Of a stretch of 64,000 nucleotides of DNA, positions 52,188 through 64,000 are shown piece after piece. Position numbers and translations under genes: made by a program. Every line of letters begins with the position of its first letter. Position 1 is the first letter of the stretch. This stretch comes from Octopus sinensis (taxonomy: Eukaryota): contig NC_043005.1 of NCBI RefSeq assembly GCF_006345805.1, positions 36,208,001 to 36,272,000 of the forward strand. Reading direction: 5' to 3'. The notes under the pieces were generated by a model, which saw only the letters and a list, made by a program, of their open reading frames with translations, was not told the DNA's origin and made no database searches.

Positions 52188-52485
52188 CACCACCACCACC
52201 ACCACCACCACCGCCATCCTTCTCCTCCTCCTCCTCCTCATCATCATCATCATCCTCGTCATCATCGTCATCATCATCATAAGCAGCAGCAGACGCAGCA
52301 CGACCACGACGACGACCACCACGACGACGACCACCACCACCACCGCCATCCTTCTCCTCCTCCTCCTCCTCCTCCTCCTCCTCATCATCATCATCATCAT
52401 CATCTTCGTCATCATCATCATAAGCAGCAGCAGACGCAGCACGACGACGACGACCACCACCACTACCACCAGCCTCCTCCTCTTC
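52188..52485. repeat. Tandem duplication of a compound trinucleotide unit (about 140 bp x2)
   Basis: (CAC)n-cgccatccttct-(CCT)n-(CAT)n-aagcagcagcagacgcagcacgac-(GAC/CAC)n occurs twice. Confidence 0.85.
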
Positions 52486-53765
52486 TATAAAGATTCCTCG
52501 GCGAAGAGAATATTTTGTTTTATGTTTTAGAAGGTTGTTGTATTTGAGTTCTGAAGAAAGTAAAGAAACGGAGTGGACACAATTTCAAATCCCACCTGAA
52601 CTGATTTACCATTTCGTCACCTCCGGGAAATCAATAAACGAAGTTATTAGTAAAAGAAGGATCAAGTTAATTATTTGTAAATACTTCTCATTTTACAAAA
52701 AAGCGATATTAGCCTGCTTACAACTAAATGATCGATATTCGATGTCATTATGATATCTGAACCTCTGCTTATTGAAGAGCGTGGGAATAAAACAGCTATT
52801 TTTGGTGGACGAAGTATTTTCCAAACATAATCTTTTGCAGACGTCTAAATTGAAGAAAGAATTGATAGGAAGAATGATAGAGCAAAAAACATGAAACTTC
52901 GTGCTAACTTTTGTAAACAGAGAGGTGATGAAGGCAGTGGTGACGGATAAGAAAAATAAATAGAAATATATGTTGAAAGAGAAGTGAGCGGGAAAATGCT
53001 GGAGATGTCTGTTGATAGAGAAAGGCAGGAGTTGGAAAACTGTGTAATATGGACTGTTGCTAGGTACATCGTAAAATGATAAAATAATATTTCCAATAAA
53101 ATATGAGGCTAAATTCTAAATATTGTTTTAATATAATACGAAATATAACTGTACACGTGTTGGCTAAAGTAAGTAAAACTTTATTACATTCAAGATGGAA
53201 TGAGGATAGGGGTGTTATGTCAGATACGTCCAAAAATAAAATGAAAAAATTTTCCCCCAACATATTATGTCTGCCATTGAGCGCGTGATTTAAAGTATCG
53301 AGCTGATACGATCTTTAAATCTTTGGAAAACCTACTTGGCGCTTTTTGTCCCTCTTCTTTACGTTTTGAGTTCAAATGCACCTCATGTCGACTTTATCTT
53401 TGATCATTTCGTGGTCGATGGAAAAGAGTAACAATGAAGTAGATTAATGATATAGACTAACTCCTTCCCGTCAAAACTGCTGTCCTTTCTGCTTTAATTA
53501 GAAACCATTGATGATGTAGTTGAATATATTAACTACATAACGGATAAGTACGTAATCATTTACTGATGTATATTTATAGATAAAAATGTCCTATTTTTCA
53601 GTGTATTGCTTTTTTTGCCAATGGCGTACAACATTATTGTTAATACGTTCCGGTAAATTCAATTGTGAATATGCTAATCACAGTTGTATTTTGTGCATGG
53701 AGAACAACTTACCATTTCAAGAACAATGTATGTTCAAAATACACTCGATTCATTAGAGTAAAGGA

Positions 53766-53812
53766 CTTTGAGACACCGGTGTTTCGACGTGGTTGTGTCT
53801 CTTCAGTCAAAG
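53766..53812 (-). ncRNA. Minimal type I hammerhead ribozyme
   Basis: Minus: CUUUGA-CUGAAGA-GAC(ACAACCAC)GUC-GAAA-CAC(CG)GUG-U-C-UCAAAG. All core residues are present; stem I 6 bp, stem II 3 bp, palindromic stem III, GUC cleavage triplet. Confidence 0.8.
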
Positions 53813-54038
53813 CTCACATCGGCTCGAAGAAACTAAACAATAAATATAGCTCTTGTTTATTGAACTCAGAAAACAAATTAGTTGCTGAAGCGTGTTGATA
53901 CGTGCCAAAGCAATAACAAATTGTCAAGTGTACGGAACTATGAGATTCAAAACAAAGCAATCAATCTGCTTGAACGTATTAAGAATAAATATATTCTCCA
54001 TTGTTTGAGTTTCGCTGGTCTCCGTACACGTGATAATT

Positions 54039-54097
<59 letters not shown>

Positions 54098-54224
54098 GGT
54101 TGAGTTTTATTTACGATCGTATGCATGGATTAAAATTTTATAAAACTTTTAACATCTCTTCTTTAATTTTGTATTGTTTGTTTAGTTTATATAGGAAACA
54201 TGTTTTAAAAATGCTCATAACACA

Positions 54225-54297
<73 letters not shown>

Positions 54298-56197
54298 TTG
54301 GTTTTTATGCAAAAAAGTGCAGCAATCTATGTATATATGTTCCCAAATCTGCCACGAGTCATAAAAAAACATGTTTGGAAATCACTGAAGTCAATACGCA
54401 GTGAAAGCTACTTGCAACCGCGTGATGTGTAGTTTCAGAAACATTTTCATGTAAGGAACTCTAGCAGTGTAGAGGAGAGAAGAAAAAAGGTAACGTTACA
54501 TTTGTTTCGTATATGAAAACTGCTTCAAGACATGATTTTGGAAATAATTGTAACAGGAAGTAGAAACGTTCCAGAACACAGTTAGACATTGAAGAGTTCT
54601 GTCAAGGCACTGAGTGTAAGATTGAAAACCAAAAGTGCTTCTTGTATTGCTGAAGGTAACGGTTCTTATTATTCAGCGAGTAATACTTTAAATAAAGTCA
54701 TCAGGCTTTCTATGTTTATATTCTTTTGTGTGATACCTTGTTTTCTTTTGTTGCTTATTCTTCGTAAATCTTTGAATAAAGTGAGATATATTGATTAATT
54801 TATAATAATGTTCTCGTAAGTACTCGCCAGATGTACTGGTGGGGTTTCTAACAATGAATCCTTTCTTTTGAAAATATTAGGTTTTTTTTTGTAGCGAACT
54901 GAATAAGAAAGCAATTAAATAAAATTCTAAATTATCACCATATGAATTGAAAAAACTTTTTCACCAATTTATTTAATATTTTTTCGTCTATGGTTTTGTT
55001 CTGTTCTCGCGTCCATATTTGTCTATATTTTTTTCTCTTCTTTTTTAAATGCTATTTTAATTCAGATTTTCATTCATAAAAAGAAAGCAAAAAACTAAGT
55101 TGATTTTAGTCTCAGACTTATGTTAAATGTTTCAAATTGATTTTATTGTATAGACGCAGAGAGAATATTTGCAAAGAAAAGATGTAGTCAAAAGATTCTG
55201 CCCTAACTGGCATTTATTTCATCAGCTTTGGGTTTATGAAAACTAAAACCTACAACGGCAGGATGCGAATACAGGACCTCGAGGACAAAACTAAATGCAT
55301 GAGGACAGTTTCACATAGGCTCCATTGTGGGCACGAGGACTGAAATTTCGTGGAGTGGGTTAGATGATAAGATCGATCCCAGTATTTGATTGGCTTCACT
55401 TATTTCATCGTTGCCGAAAGGATGTTGCTCTCACGATAGTAAGATTGTAGTCCCAAGTCCCCAGAACTGGCGGTGCGTTGTGTTCTTGTTCAAAACACAT
55501 TTTTTCATGTTGCTTCATTCACTCAGCTGTCCCTGCGATAATCTGGTGTCCCGTTCACGGATGATGGTGTGATTTCAGTCACCTGTGCGCCAGGCTAACC
55601 GGCACTATGAGTGCTAGGACTGACGACAATAATGTCGAGGGATTGTTGATGATGATACTTATGATGAAAGGACAAGTTGTCTTAGACAGCATTTGAACTG
55701 AGAACATAAAGAGCCGGAAAAAATGATGCAATGCGTTTTCCGACTCTCTAATGTGTCTCTCAGCTCGCATCTATGGAGCATTTAATACGGATTTATAGCA
55801 CTGGAGCAAGGCCCCAAGTGCCTACAAGAGCATGTGTTTGTGGATGGATTGAGAGATAACTGAAAGTAAATTTATCTATGTCTTAATATAAAACGCAGGA
55901 TAAAATTTCTCAATTTCAAATGCTTATATCCTGTGTTGTATAATGTAATTTAAAAGAAATTTAATCTTTTGTTTTTCCCTCATTGCATTCGTTGGACTGT
56001 GACCATGCTGGGACACTTCTTTGAAGGGTTTTAATGGAGCATATTGACCACTGTACATATTTTAAAGTTTCATATTTATTTTATCCGTGCCTTTTGCCGA
56101 ACTGCTTCGTTATGGTGACTTAACCAAACCAACACATGTTGTTAATTTGTTAGAGGGAAGGTAAATACAGGCATCAAGACACAGGTTCATCTGTCTG

Positions 56198-56269
<72 letters not shown>

Positions 56270-56396
56270 CATTCTACATTTCGTTTCTTTATAATTGATA
56301 AGTATGTAGGCTGATAGCCGTGTCCGTAAGAGCTACTTTCTCTGAAAGCCGCACGATTCTTAGACACATGCATGCATACATACATACATACATACA

Positions 56397-56432
<36 letters not shown>

Positions 56433-58420
56433 TATATATTTAAAGAGAGAGAAAGAGAGAGAGAGGGCTGAACCGGAAGTGGGCTGAACGTGGGTTTTTT
56501 TAATATTAATGCCTGCCCGTCTTTCTAGCTTTCCGAGTTCAAATCCCTAATATAGTTTGAAATGAAATCAATAGCGATCATTTATTTAACCGATTCAATT
56601 CAATCGTTCTTATCGACTTCCTTCTACATATGTGTGGCATTTAGCCAAGGTTGAGAGAAATCGTTATTTTCAGGTTATTAAGTTTTGGAATTTGTTACAG
56701 TTAGGCGATTACCCAACAACTTTCGAACTAGCTTCGTTGAAATTCACACGCAATAAATTTTCAGAATTTAAATATATATTATTATTATCCTCTTATTTAT
56801 CATGTTTGTATATTTTTCTCTTCTCTTAAAAATGATTTATTAAGTAAAAGCAAAAATTTATTTCGTTAAGATAAAAATTAAGAGCGTTATGGTGTATAGT
56901 AACCCGCGAGTCATGTGCAGCAGTAATTGTGGTAGTAGTGGTGGTAGTGGTGGTGGTGGTGGTGGGGGCGGGGTAGATAACGATAAGAGGGAGGAAGGGT
57001 GGTGATATGAGGAGGAAGGAGGGGAGGTAGAAGAGTAAAAGTAGCGAGAATAAGCCATGATGAACTAAAAGTTACAAAACTACCTATAGCTTTTTCAGTC
57101 CTCGAAAACAGAAACCTTCAGACTGTTGAAGTAGAGTTTCTTTGGCATTTTGCAATTTTCTGCGTTTTTTTTTTTCATAATTACTGTCTCTTCTTGTGAT
57201 TTTCTTGGTTTCTTTTTCTTTTGTATTCCCTCTCTTGCTGTTGTTGTTTCTTATTATTTTCTTTCTTTTCCACCTCCAGCACTCTACGACTCATTGTCAG
57301 CCATTCGTTATCTTCACACAGTGTTAATAACGTATTAACATTTCTTTATTCGTGTTTTTCAAAAAGTCTTACCGTTCGTACTTTCTCAGTTTCTTCTACA
57401 ATTTCTTGCAAGAACAAAATCCTAACATTAATCCACATTTTCTTACTGGAATAATATTCTAATATTTAATCTGGCCTTATCATAATGAAGTTTTGTCATA
57501 TATATATGTTTTAAATTCCATCGTAACTCTTCAATTTTTTTTTCAACTTGATGGATTATTTTTTTCTCATTTGCACTTATCATGGTGATTTACTCGCTTT
57601 ATTAGATCTTCAAGCTATTTCAATCTGCAATATCTTATGTATTATACTATAATCTTTCCAATTATTCCATTGTGATTCATTTTTACGTAATCCTTTTCAG
57701 CAAGTATTTTGATATAAAACAGATGATGGGCATTTCTTTATTTTTTTTTGTTTTTATCTTAAAGACATGGTTATGTGTTTTAAGAAGTTCGCTTTGCAAC
57801 TATATGGTTTCAGGTTCAGTGCTACTGCGCGGCATCATGGGCAAGTGTTGTCTGACTGAATCGTTGAGAGTGAAGTTGGTAGACGGAGGCCCCGTCTGAA
57901 GGCACCAGACGTGGTATGTGTCGTTTTCATTGCATAGAAACATTAGTAGCTCATAAAAATATATACAGTGTTTGTTAAACAATATTTATCTCTCACCAGA
58001 TGGAGTTTTCTTTTGTTGCGGTTTTTACCTTCATGGAACAGTACAACGTGTGTGTGTATGTCTGTGTGTGTTTGCGTGTTTGCTTGTGTTCGCGCGTGTG
58101 TGTAGGCATTCTTTTTAAACGGCGGAAGTTAGTACACTCTCCTTCTCCTTATTATCACCACCACCACCACCACCACCACCACCATTATCGTTATCCTCAC
58201 CATTACCACCATTGTTCTCTTCCCCTTCTTCACACCACCAGCGCCATCATTGGAATCATCATCCTCATCATCATCATCGCTATTACAACCACCATCTTCA
58301 GCATTATCATCATCCCACCATTGATTTATTTGTGCATTAACTTATCACATGCCTATGTATTCTATTGTCATGTACATATTATCGTCATCATCATGGTCAT
58401 TATTTCTTCTTCTTCTTCTT

Positions 58421-58451
<31 letters not shown>

Positions 58452-58481
58452 TCATTATTATTACTATTACTATTACTATTA

Positions 58482-58529
<48 letters not shown>

Positions 58530-58567
58530 CAGTGTTATTATCATTACTATTATTATTATTATTATCA

Positions 58568-58780
58568 AAGGGGGCGACCTAGCAGAACTGTTAGCATGCC
58601 GGGCAAAAAATGCCGAGCTGTATTTCATCCGCCTTTACATTCTGATTTCAAATACCGCTGAAGTCGACTTTCATCCTTTCAGGGGTCGATAGGTTAAGTA
58701 CCAGGGAAACACTGGGATCGATGTAATCAGCTAGTTCCCTTCCAATCAAGCTTCAGGCCTTGTGCATATAGTAGAAAGAA
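58568..58780 (+). mobile_element. SINE family B
   Basis: Head gggggcgacctagcagaactgttagc, central actttcatcctttcaggggtcgatag...aagtaccag, preceded by an (ATT)n tract. Confidence 0.8.
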
Positions 58781-59688
58781 TTATTCTTATTTTATTATTT
58801 TTATTATTCATTTGCTGATATGTCAATACTCCGAGTATTCTTTTAATGATTTTAATCAGAATCATCTTTCATTGAACGAGAAGCTTTCCTCTTTGGATGA
58901 AGTATTCACTTTCATACACGAAGCCCAAACTAATAAACAAACAAAAAAAAAAAAGGAAAAACAAAAACCATTCCAGATTCACCATTGATAATACAGTTAT
59001 ATTTGGGAGGTTTTTCTGCCGCAGCTTATATTTTTGGTTCATTTTTTTTACCTTTTGCCTATTACTTATTTCAGTTATTGGACTGCGGGCGTATCGAGGC
59101 ACCGCCACATTGAAATGTTTAGTGGAAGAAATCAACACCAGTACTTATTTTTAAGTCTGGTATATATTGTATCACTCTTTTTGCCGCAACGCTCAGTTAC
59201 AGGAACGTAAACAAATCAACACCGGTTGTCAAGTGGTGGGGGAAGACAAACGCAAAGATACCCACGCATGCATCCACACACATATATATATCATAACACA
59301 CACCACCCACACACCAGCATTGACCAATTCCCATCCCCACATTTTCACACCTACACATACACATGTACACGTCAAGACCACCAGTCCTCTTTCACACGCA
59401 CATACGTACTCTCTTGCACACACGCGCACCTTCGTTTTGCGATCATCTTTACTTTGTTATCTCCCCTACTTCTTCGCTCTCCTGTGTGACCCTTCTGTCC
59501 GGCAGTCGCCATGTTAGATCGGTAACCACTACACACATTTTGTTTCTCTCCTTGTTTCTGTGTTCCTTTCTGTGTAAGAGCGTAGGCTCGAAATGTAAAA
59601 GACGTTTTCAATTCCTGAGCGTTATACTAATGCATCTGTTTGTTTTCTACACCACCGGTCTTCGTCTTTTGTTTTTTTCGTGAACTCT

Positions 59689-59719
<31 letters not shown>

Positions 59720-59724
<5 letters not shown>

Positions 59725-59875
59725 GACGAGCTTTCACGCATTTTCTGTCGACCAAATTCACTCACAAGGCATTGGTTGGCCCAGAGTTATATTAGAAGAC
59801 ATTTGCCCAAAGTGCCAGGCAGTGGAATTGAACCCGGAATTACATAGTTGTGAAGCGATCTTCTTAACGGCACAG
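59720..59875 (-). mobile_element. SINE family A, 5' half
   Basis: Reverse complement of the head up to the (TA)n tract. Confidence 0.75.
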
Positions 59876-60237
59876 ACATTATTTACTATTTCAAAAATGT
59901 TTTCGCTATTTTACGTTTAAAGTCCAGATTGGCAGATTGTCTTGAATTCCAGACATGTTTATAAACTTCATCAAAATATCTAACAACGACGCATTTCATT
60001 TTATTCTGATATACACTGCAGTTGTCTCTCTAACTGATATGGTTTTCAATAAGTCATTGGTGAATATGCACAGACTGACCAAATCGTTTGGTTTGGTATT
60101 TTTTATTTTTCTCAACTAACTAATGTACGCAGAGACTTTATTCAAAATCAGCCAAGCGATTAAATGTAGTAAATTAAGTTTTTTAGCCAGTTTGCAATTT
60201 TGGTACCCTTCTTGTCACAATATTCCCTACACTTCAA

Positions 60238-60425
60238 GGCGGCGAGCTGGCAGAAACGTTAGTACGCTGGGCGAAATGCTTAGCAGTATTTCGTCTTTCT
60301 TTATGTTCTGAGTTCAAATTCCGCCGAGATCGACTTTGCCTTTCATCATTTCGTAATGGGGTCGATCTAATCGACTGGCCTCCTCCCACAAAATTTGGGG
60401 CCTTATGCCTAGAGTAGAAAAGAAT
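60238..60425 (+). mobile_element. SINE family B, internally deleted
   Basis: ggcggcgagctggcagaaacgttag...ccttatgcctagagtagaaaagaat. Confidence 0.85.
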
Positions 60426-60599
60426 ATTCCCAACACTTCTTGGTTACCTTATTATATATAATGTCTGTATTTGTCCAGCTTAAGAAGAATATTAGTTTTC
60501 TTGATCGGATACACTTTAAATGAATAAATAACTAAATATACAAATAAATAAATGTGTTTTTGTTGCGCTTTTATTACGGAGCGTCTTTTTCTGTAATCA

Positions 60600-61030
60600 G
60601 TTGCTGTCGCCGCATAAAATCTCAGTAACTGAGTACCGAGTCTCAAACACTTCTCTTCTCTTGGCTATGTCTACACCGAAAATACTTTTTAAATCTCGTT
60701 CTGACATAAGGAAACATTTAACTTGGGCTGTGCTATTGGTTATGGCAACTGGACACTCTTGTGTTTGGTCTTTGGCATTCTAAATATCAAAGCTAATGGA
60801 TAACTTGAGAGACCCACAAGCAAGTGTTATATGAAAACGAGCATAGGACGTCCAAAGCTGCGCTTTAAGGACCAACATGAAAGAGCACTCTGATAAAAGA
60901 GTTCTCTGACGAACAGTCCACAAGGGAAAGCAGCAAGTGGAGAGCAGCTATGCATTGAGGATCCAAAACTTATGAAGATACAAGCATTCATCATGTTCAG
61001 GAGGCAAGACAAAGATGTAAGCGCATCACA
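60600..61030 (+). mobile_element. RTE-type LINE 3' end remnant
   Basis: RVSNT, IGRPKLRFKDQ and SKWRAAMH*GSKTYE...QEARQRCK motifs across frameshifts. Confidence 0.75.
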
Positions 61031-61789
61031 GTGTTATATACTTCTGCCTGAACATGGATCTACTATGGTATTATGGTATTATGAAAAATAAAGCGGAGCA
61101 TGCATTGGAATTATCAGCCACGAAAGGCATTGTTCAGGAAGAAGTTTAGTGAAGACGTCAGACGTAAGAAATGGAGACGTTACTCTTTCTGCAATGCCGC
61201 CGAGCAACAATATAAAGTCCAACAATGTCTTGCCTTCAGATAGCTTTGAGTTCACTATATTCTAACGGGAGCAAAACAACTCTTGGGAGACGATATACTT
61301 CTGCAGATTCTCAGCCTAGTCAATAATTTATGAAAAGTAAATTATTTGTAAGCTCACCATCTCCACCAATAGAAGCACACGTACACATGTATGCCCTGCT
61401 ATACCTAACCACTTCATGATATGTACCAATCATCTAATCATCATTGTTCAGATCATAGTGTCTCTAATCGTCAGGTATTTTCTATTGAAGCTATAGTTAA
61501 GGCTTCTAACTTCATTTGTCATGAATTTTTTTGCATATGATAAACAATTAATCGTCCATATTGGATTAACATTGTCCTCAGTTGAACTGAGATATTCATT
61601 CAAGTGATAAACAAATTATCTTTTTTTACCTTCAAACGCAGCAGTTCATCCGTATTCACTCCTAATCCCTTTAGCATGAATTACAATTAAAAACATAAAG
61701 ACTGCAAAACTCACTCTTTTCGAGTCAAATTTATTCAGCCATATGTAATTTTTGGATACTCATAATGCCAACCTCATTATATCAACCCC

Positions 61790-62690
61790 AATGTGCTGTA
61801 GGGTTCTGCTTTGCTCCCCTGCTTCCACGATGTGTCTCCGCCTTCTATATATCAATGACGTGCTCTCACGTCCAACAACAAGTTAAATGACTCTTCTATT
61901 TTTCCCTCAACTTCCCCAACCTCGCCTCACACACCCGAAATCAAAGCATCACACACCAAACCTGCACAGATTCCACGGATAGAGACCTCGAAATCAGCCT
62001 CCAGTGGGGATAGACCAATCTTGTCTCCTTCATCAGTATAATCCATAAAGGCGTCTCATATCAGGAAAGCATTATCCCTCACTCTTAAATCATGTGAAGC
62101 ATGCAATTAAAGCCCTCATCGCTTCAAATATTGCACCACGCTATCACCGAAGATCTCTCCTGAAAAGCATATCATTAATATAGCTAGGACTGTCCAAACG
62201 ACGAGCCCTTCTTTTCAGAGCCAGAATATACTTCAACTTCCATCAATTATTGACATTCTACAAAGCTCAGACAACCTACAATGAGGGTATTGCCCTCACA
62301 CCTTAGACAATGTTGTTGCTTCTCATACGCACATCCTAGACCACATCCAGAGAGGAGCCATTTGACTGACTGGTATAAAGTCATTTACAAACGTGATCCA
62401 ACTAACCTTTGGCCCACAGGTAACCTGTCTCTTTCCTCTGCTTTTTCTACGTAATCATACTGACCTCTACTTCTCAGGATTGGCTGTGTTTATGCGTCCA
62501 CTGATCAGGAATTCCTGATACGCTTATCTTCCCTCCTCTCATCATCCTTTTGCTAAATCTTTCCAGGCCGCACACTAATCAATACGTCTAGTCCTTCTCA
62601 TTTTATCCCCGACATAGAATTCCTTTCCTGTCCATATATTACGCACACGCTTTGACTTGTAATGGTTCACAAGAAACATTAGGAACCGCA
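61790..62690 (+). mobile_element. CR1/L2-group LINE RT and 3' remnant
   Basis: LYINDVL, DLEISLQWG*TNLVSF, FYKAQ, HILDHIQRGAI*LTG, LAHR, HPFA...RPHTNQY. Many indels. Confidence 0.8.
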
Positions 62691-63108
62691 GTTTCAAGTC
62701 TAGGAGAGCCAGCCAAGGCCATGGGGTACATCCACTTTCTCCAAACCCAACCAATTAAAACCAAATCACTTTGTTTTCATAATGTTTTCAGAACCATTTT
62801 CTCTCAATTAAAACTTCCCTACACATTCCATATTTTTCACATTTCTACGCTTCTCTTATCTTTCGCAACTTAATCTCGCAAACACCCACCACCGCGATTT
62901 TACGATCGTGAGTGCAAATAGCCTAACCATTAGGCTATGTAATGCACTTTTCTCAATGTCATCCCTACATCGTTCTAATTTATTTAAACAGTGTGATATA
63001 ACGGGAATGTTAACTTGTTATACATTTGGCATGTAGATACAAACTGCGAATGAATAAACTGCATACATTAGCTATTTTTAGTCCATTTTAATAAAATATA
63101 AATATACT

Positions 63109-63266
63109 GGGCGTGGCTGTGTGGTAAGAAGCTTTCTTGCCAACTACATAGTTCCGGGTTTAGTCCCACTGCGTGGCACCTTGATTTAGTGAATTGTACT
63201 ATAGCTTCGGGCCAATCAAAACCTTGTGAGTAAGATTTGGTCGGCGGAAACCGAAAGAAGCCCGTC

Positions 63267-63270
<4 letters not shown>
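63109..63270 (+). mobile_element. SINE family A, 5' half
   Basis: gggcgtggctgtgtggtaagaagc...gaaagaagcccgtcg then (TA)n; the 3' half is replaced by the mariner. Confidence 0.85.
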
Positions 63271-63309
<39 letters not shown>

Positions 63310-64000
63310 CGAGGGGGTACCCAAAAGAAACCGGAATTTTGCAATATCATTTTATCCACTTAGTTTTACATGTTTACACATTTACCACTTTCAAAATATT
63401 TTCCATTTGAAGCAATGCATCGGTCCAGAAGCAGTCCTGGAAGTCTTTCTTTTTAACGTCTCCATCGTTTTTTCTTCACCCCTTCCACATCTGCAAAATG
63501 TTTTACTTTAAGGTTTTTTTTTTCATGCGGGGAACAAAAAAATAAAAAATTGCAGGGAGCAAGATCGGGTGAATAGGGAATACGGGAGTGGAGTCATGTA
63601 ATTTTGGGTCAAAAATTATCTCACACTCGTGGTGTTGTGCGCAGGCGCATTGTCGTGATGAAGCCACCACTCACCACTTTGCCACAGGCCGGGGAGTTTT
63701 CGTTTCACCGCGTCTTGCAAATGCTTCAGAACTGCGAAGTAAAACATCTGGTTAACAGTTTGACCAGGAGGAACAAATTCTGTGTGGACAGTTCCTTCCG
63801 CATCGATGAAACAAATCAGCATCGTCTTGACATTGGACTTCACTTGACGCGTCTTTTGGAGGCGTGTTGATATCGAATCCTTCCACTGACTTGATAGCTG
63901 CTTCATTTCCGGGTTGTATCCGTAGCACTAGCTTTCGTTACCAGTGATGGCCTTCGAAAACCGGTTCGAATCAATTTCCAACTGTTCATTCAGTTCACGA
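63310..64000 (-). mobile_element. Mariner (DD34D) transposon, 3' part, pseudogenised; continues past the window
   Basis: Minus: ITGNES*CYGYNPEMKQLSSQWK...KSNVKTMLICFIDAEGTVHTEFVPPGQTVNQMFY...WWLHHDNAPAH...YSPDLAPC. TIR-like TA|CGAGGGGGTACCCAAAAG at 63308-63327. Confidence 0.92.

Noticed and set aside
634-59683. Dozens of track ORFs rich in YI, HT, CV, YVCM, LS or homopolymer runs
   Set aside because: They are translations of (TA)n, (CA)n, (TACA)n, (CT)n and trinucleotide repeats, which lack stops by construction.
1-64000. CRISPR arrays, rRNA, prokaryotic operons
   Set aside because: No regularly spaced repeat-spacer array, rRNA-like sequence or dense coding region; the window is eukaryotic repeat-rich DNA.

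Overview
This 64 kb window is AT-rich animal genomic DNA, saturated with microsatellites and transposable-element remnants, with one 100-N assembly gap (43915-44014). The repeat complement suggests an octopus (coleoid cephalopod) genome; that is an inference from recalled repeat families, not a search. No intact, recognisable protein-coding gene, rRNA, true tRNA or CRISPR array is present, and nearly all ORFs in the supplied track are microsatellite translations. Supported content: (1) many tRNA-derived SINEs, including a family with an internal (TA)n(TG)n tract and a MetaSINE-like family; (2) decayed LINEs of R4/Dong, RTE and CR1/L2 type; (3) DNA transposons, namely two maT/DD37D-like remnants, a DD34D mariner, a Merlin element with about 380-bp TIRs, a TA-flanked MITE and probable Helitron ends; (4) Penelope-like terminal repeats. 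The most notable signal is a complete minimal type I hammerhead ribozyme at 53766-53812 (minus strand). Several variant hammerhead-like folds share an extra A after A9. There is also a perfect 136-bp palindrome, and a tentative plus-strand transcription unit (promoter-like cluster at 285-434, candidate exons at 1366-1524 and 9214-9304) that I cannot identify. Boundaries of decayed repeats are approximate.
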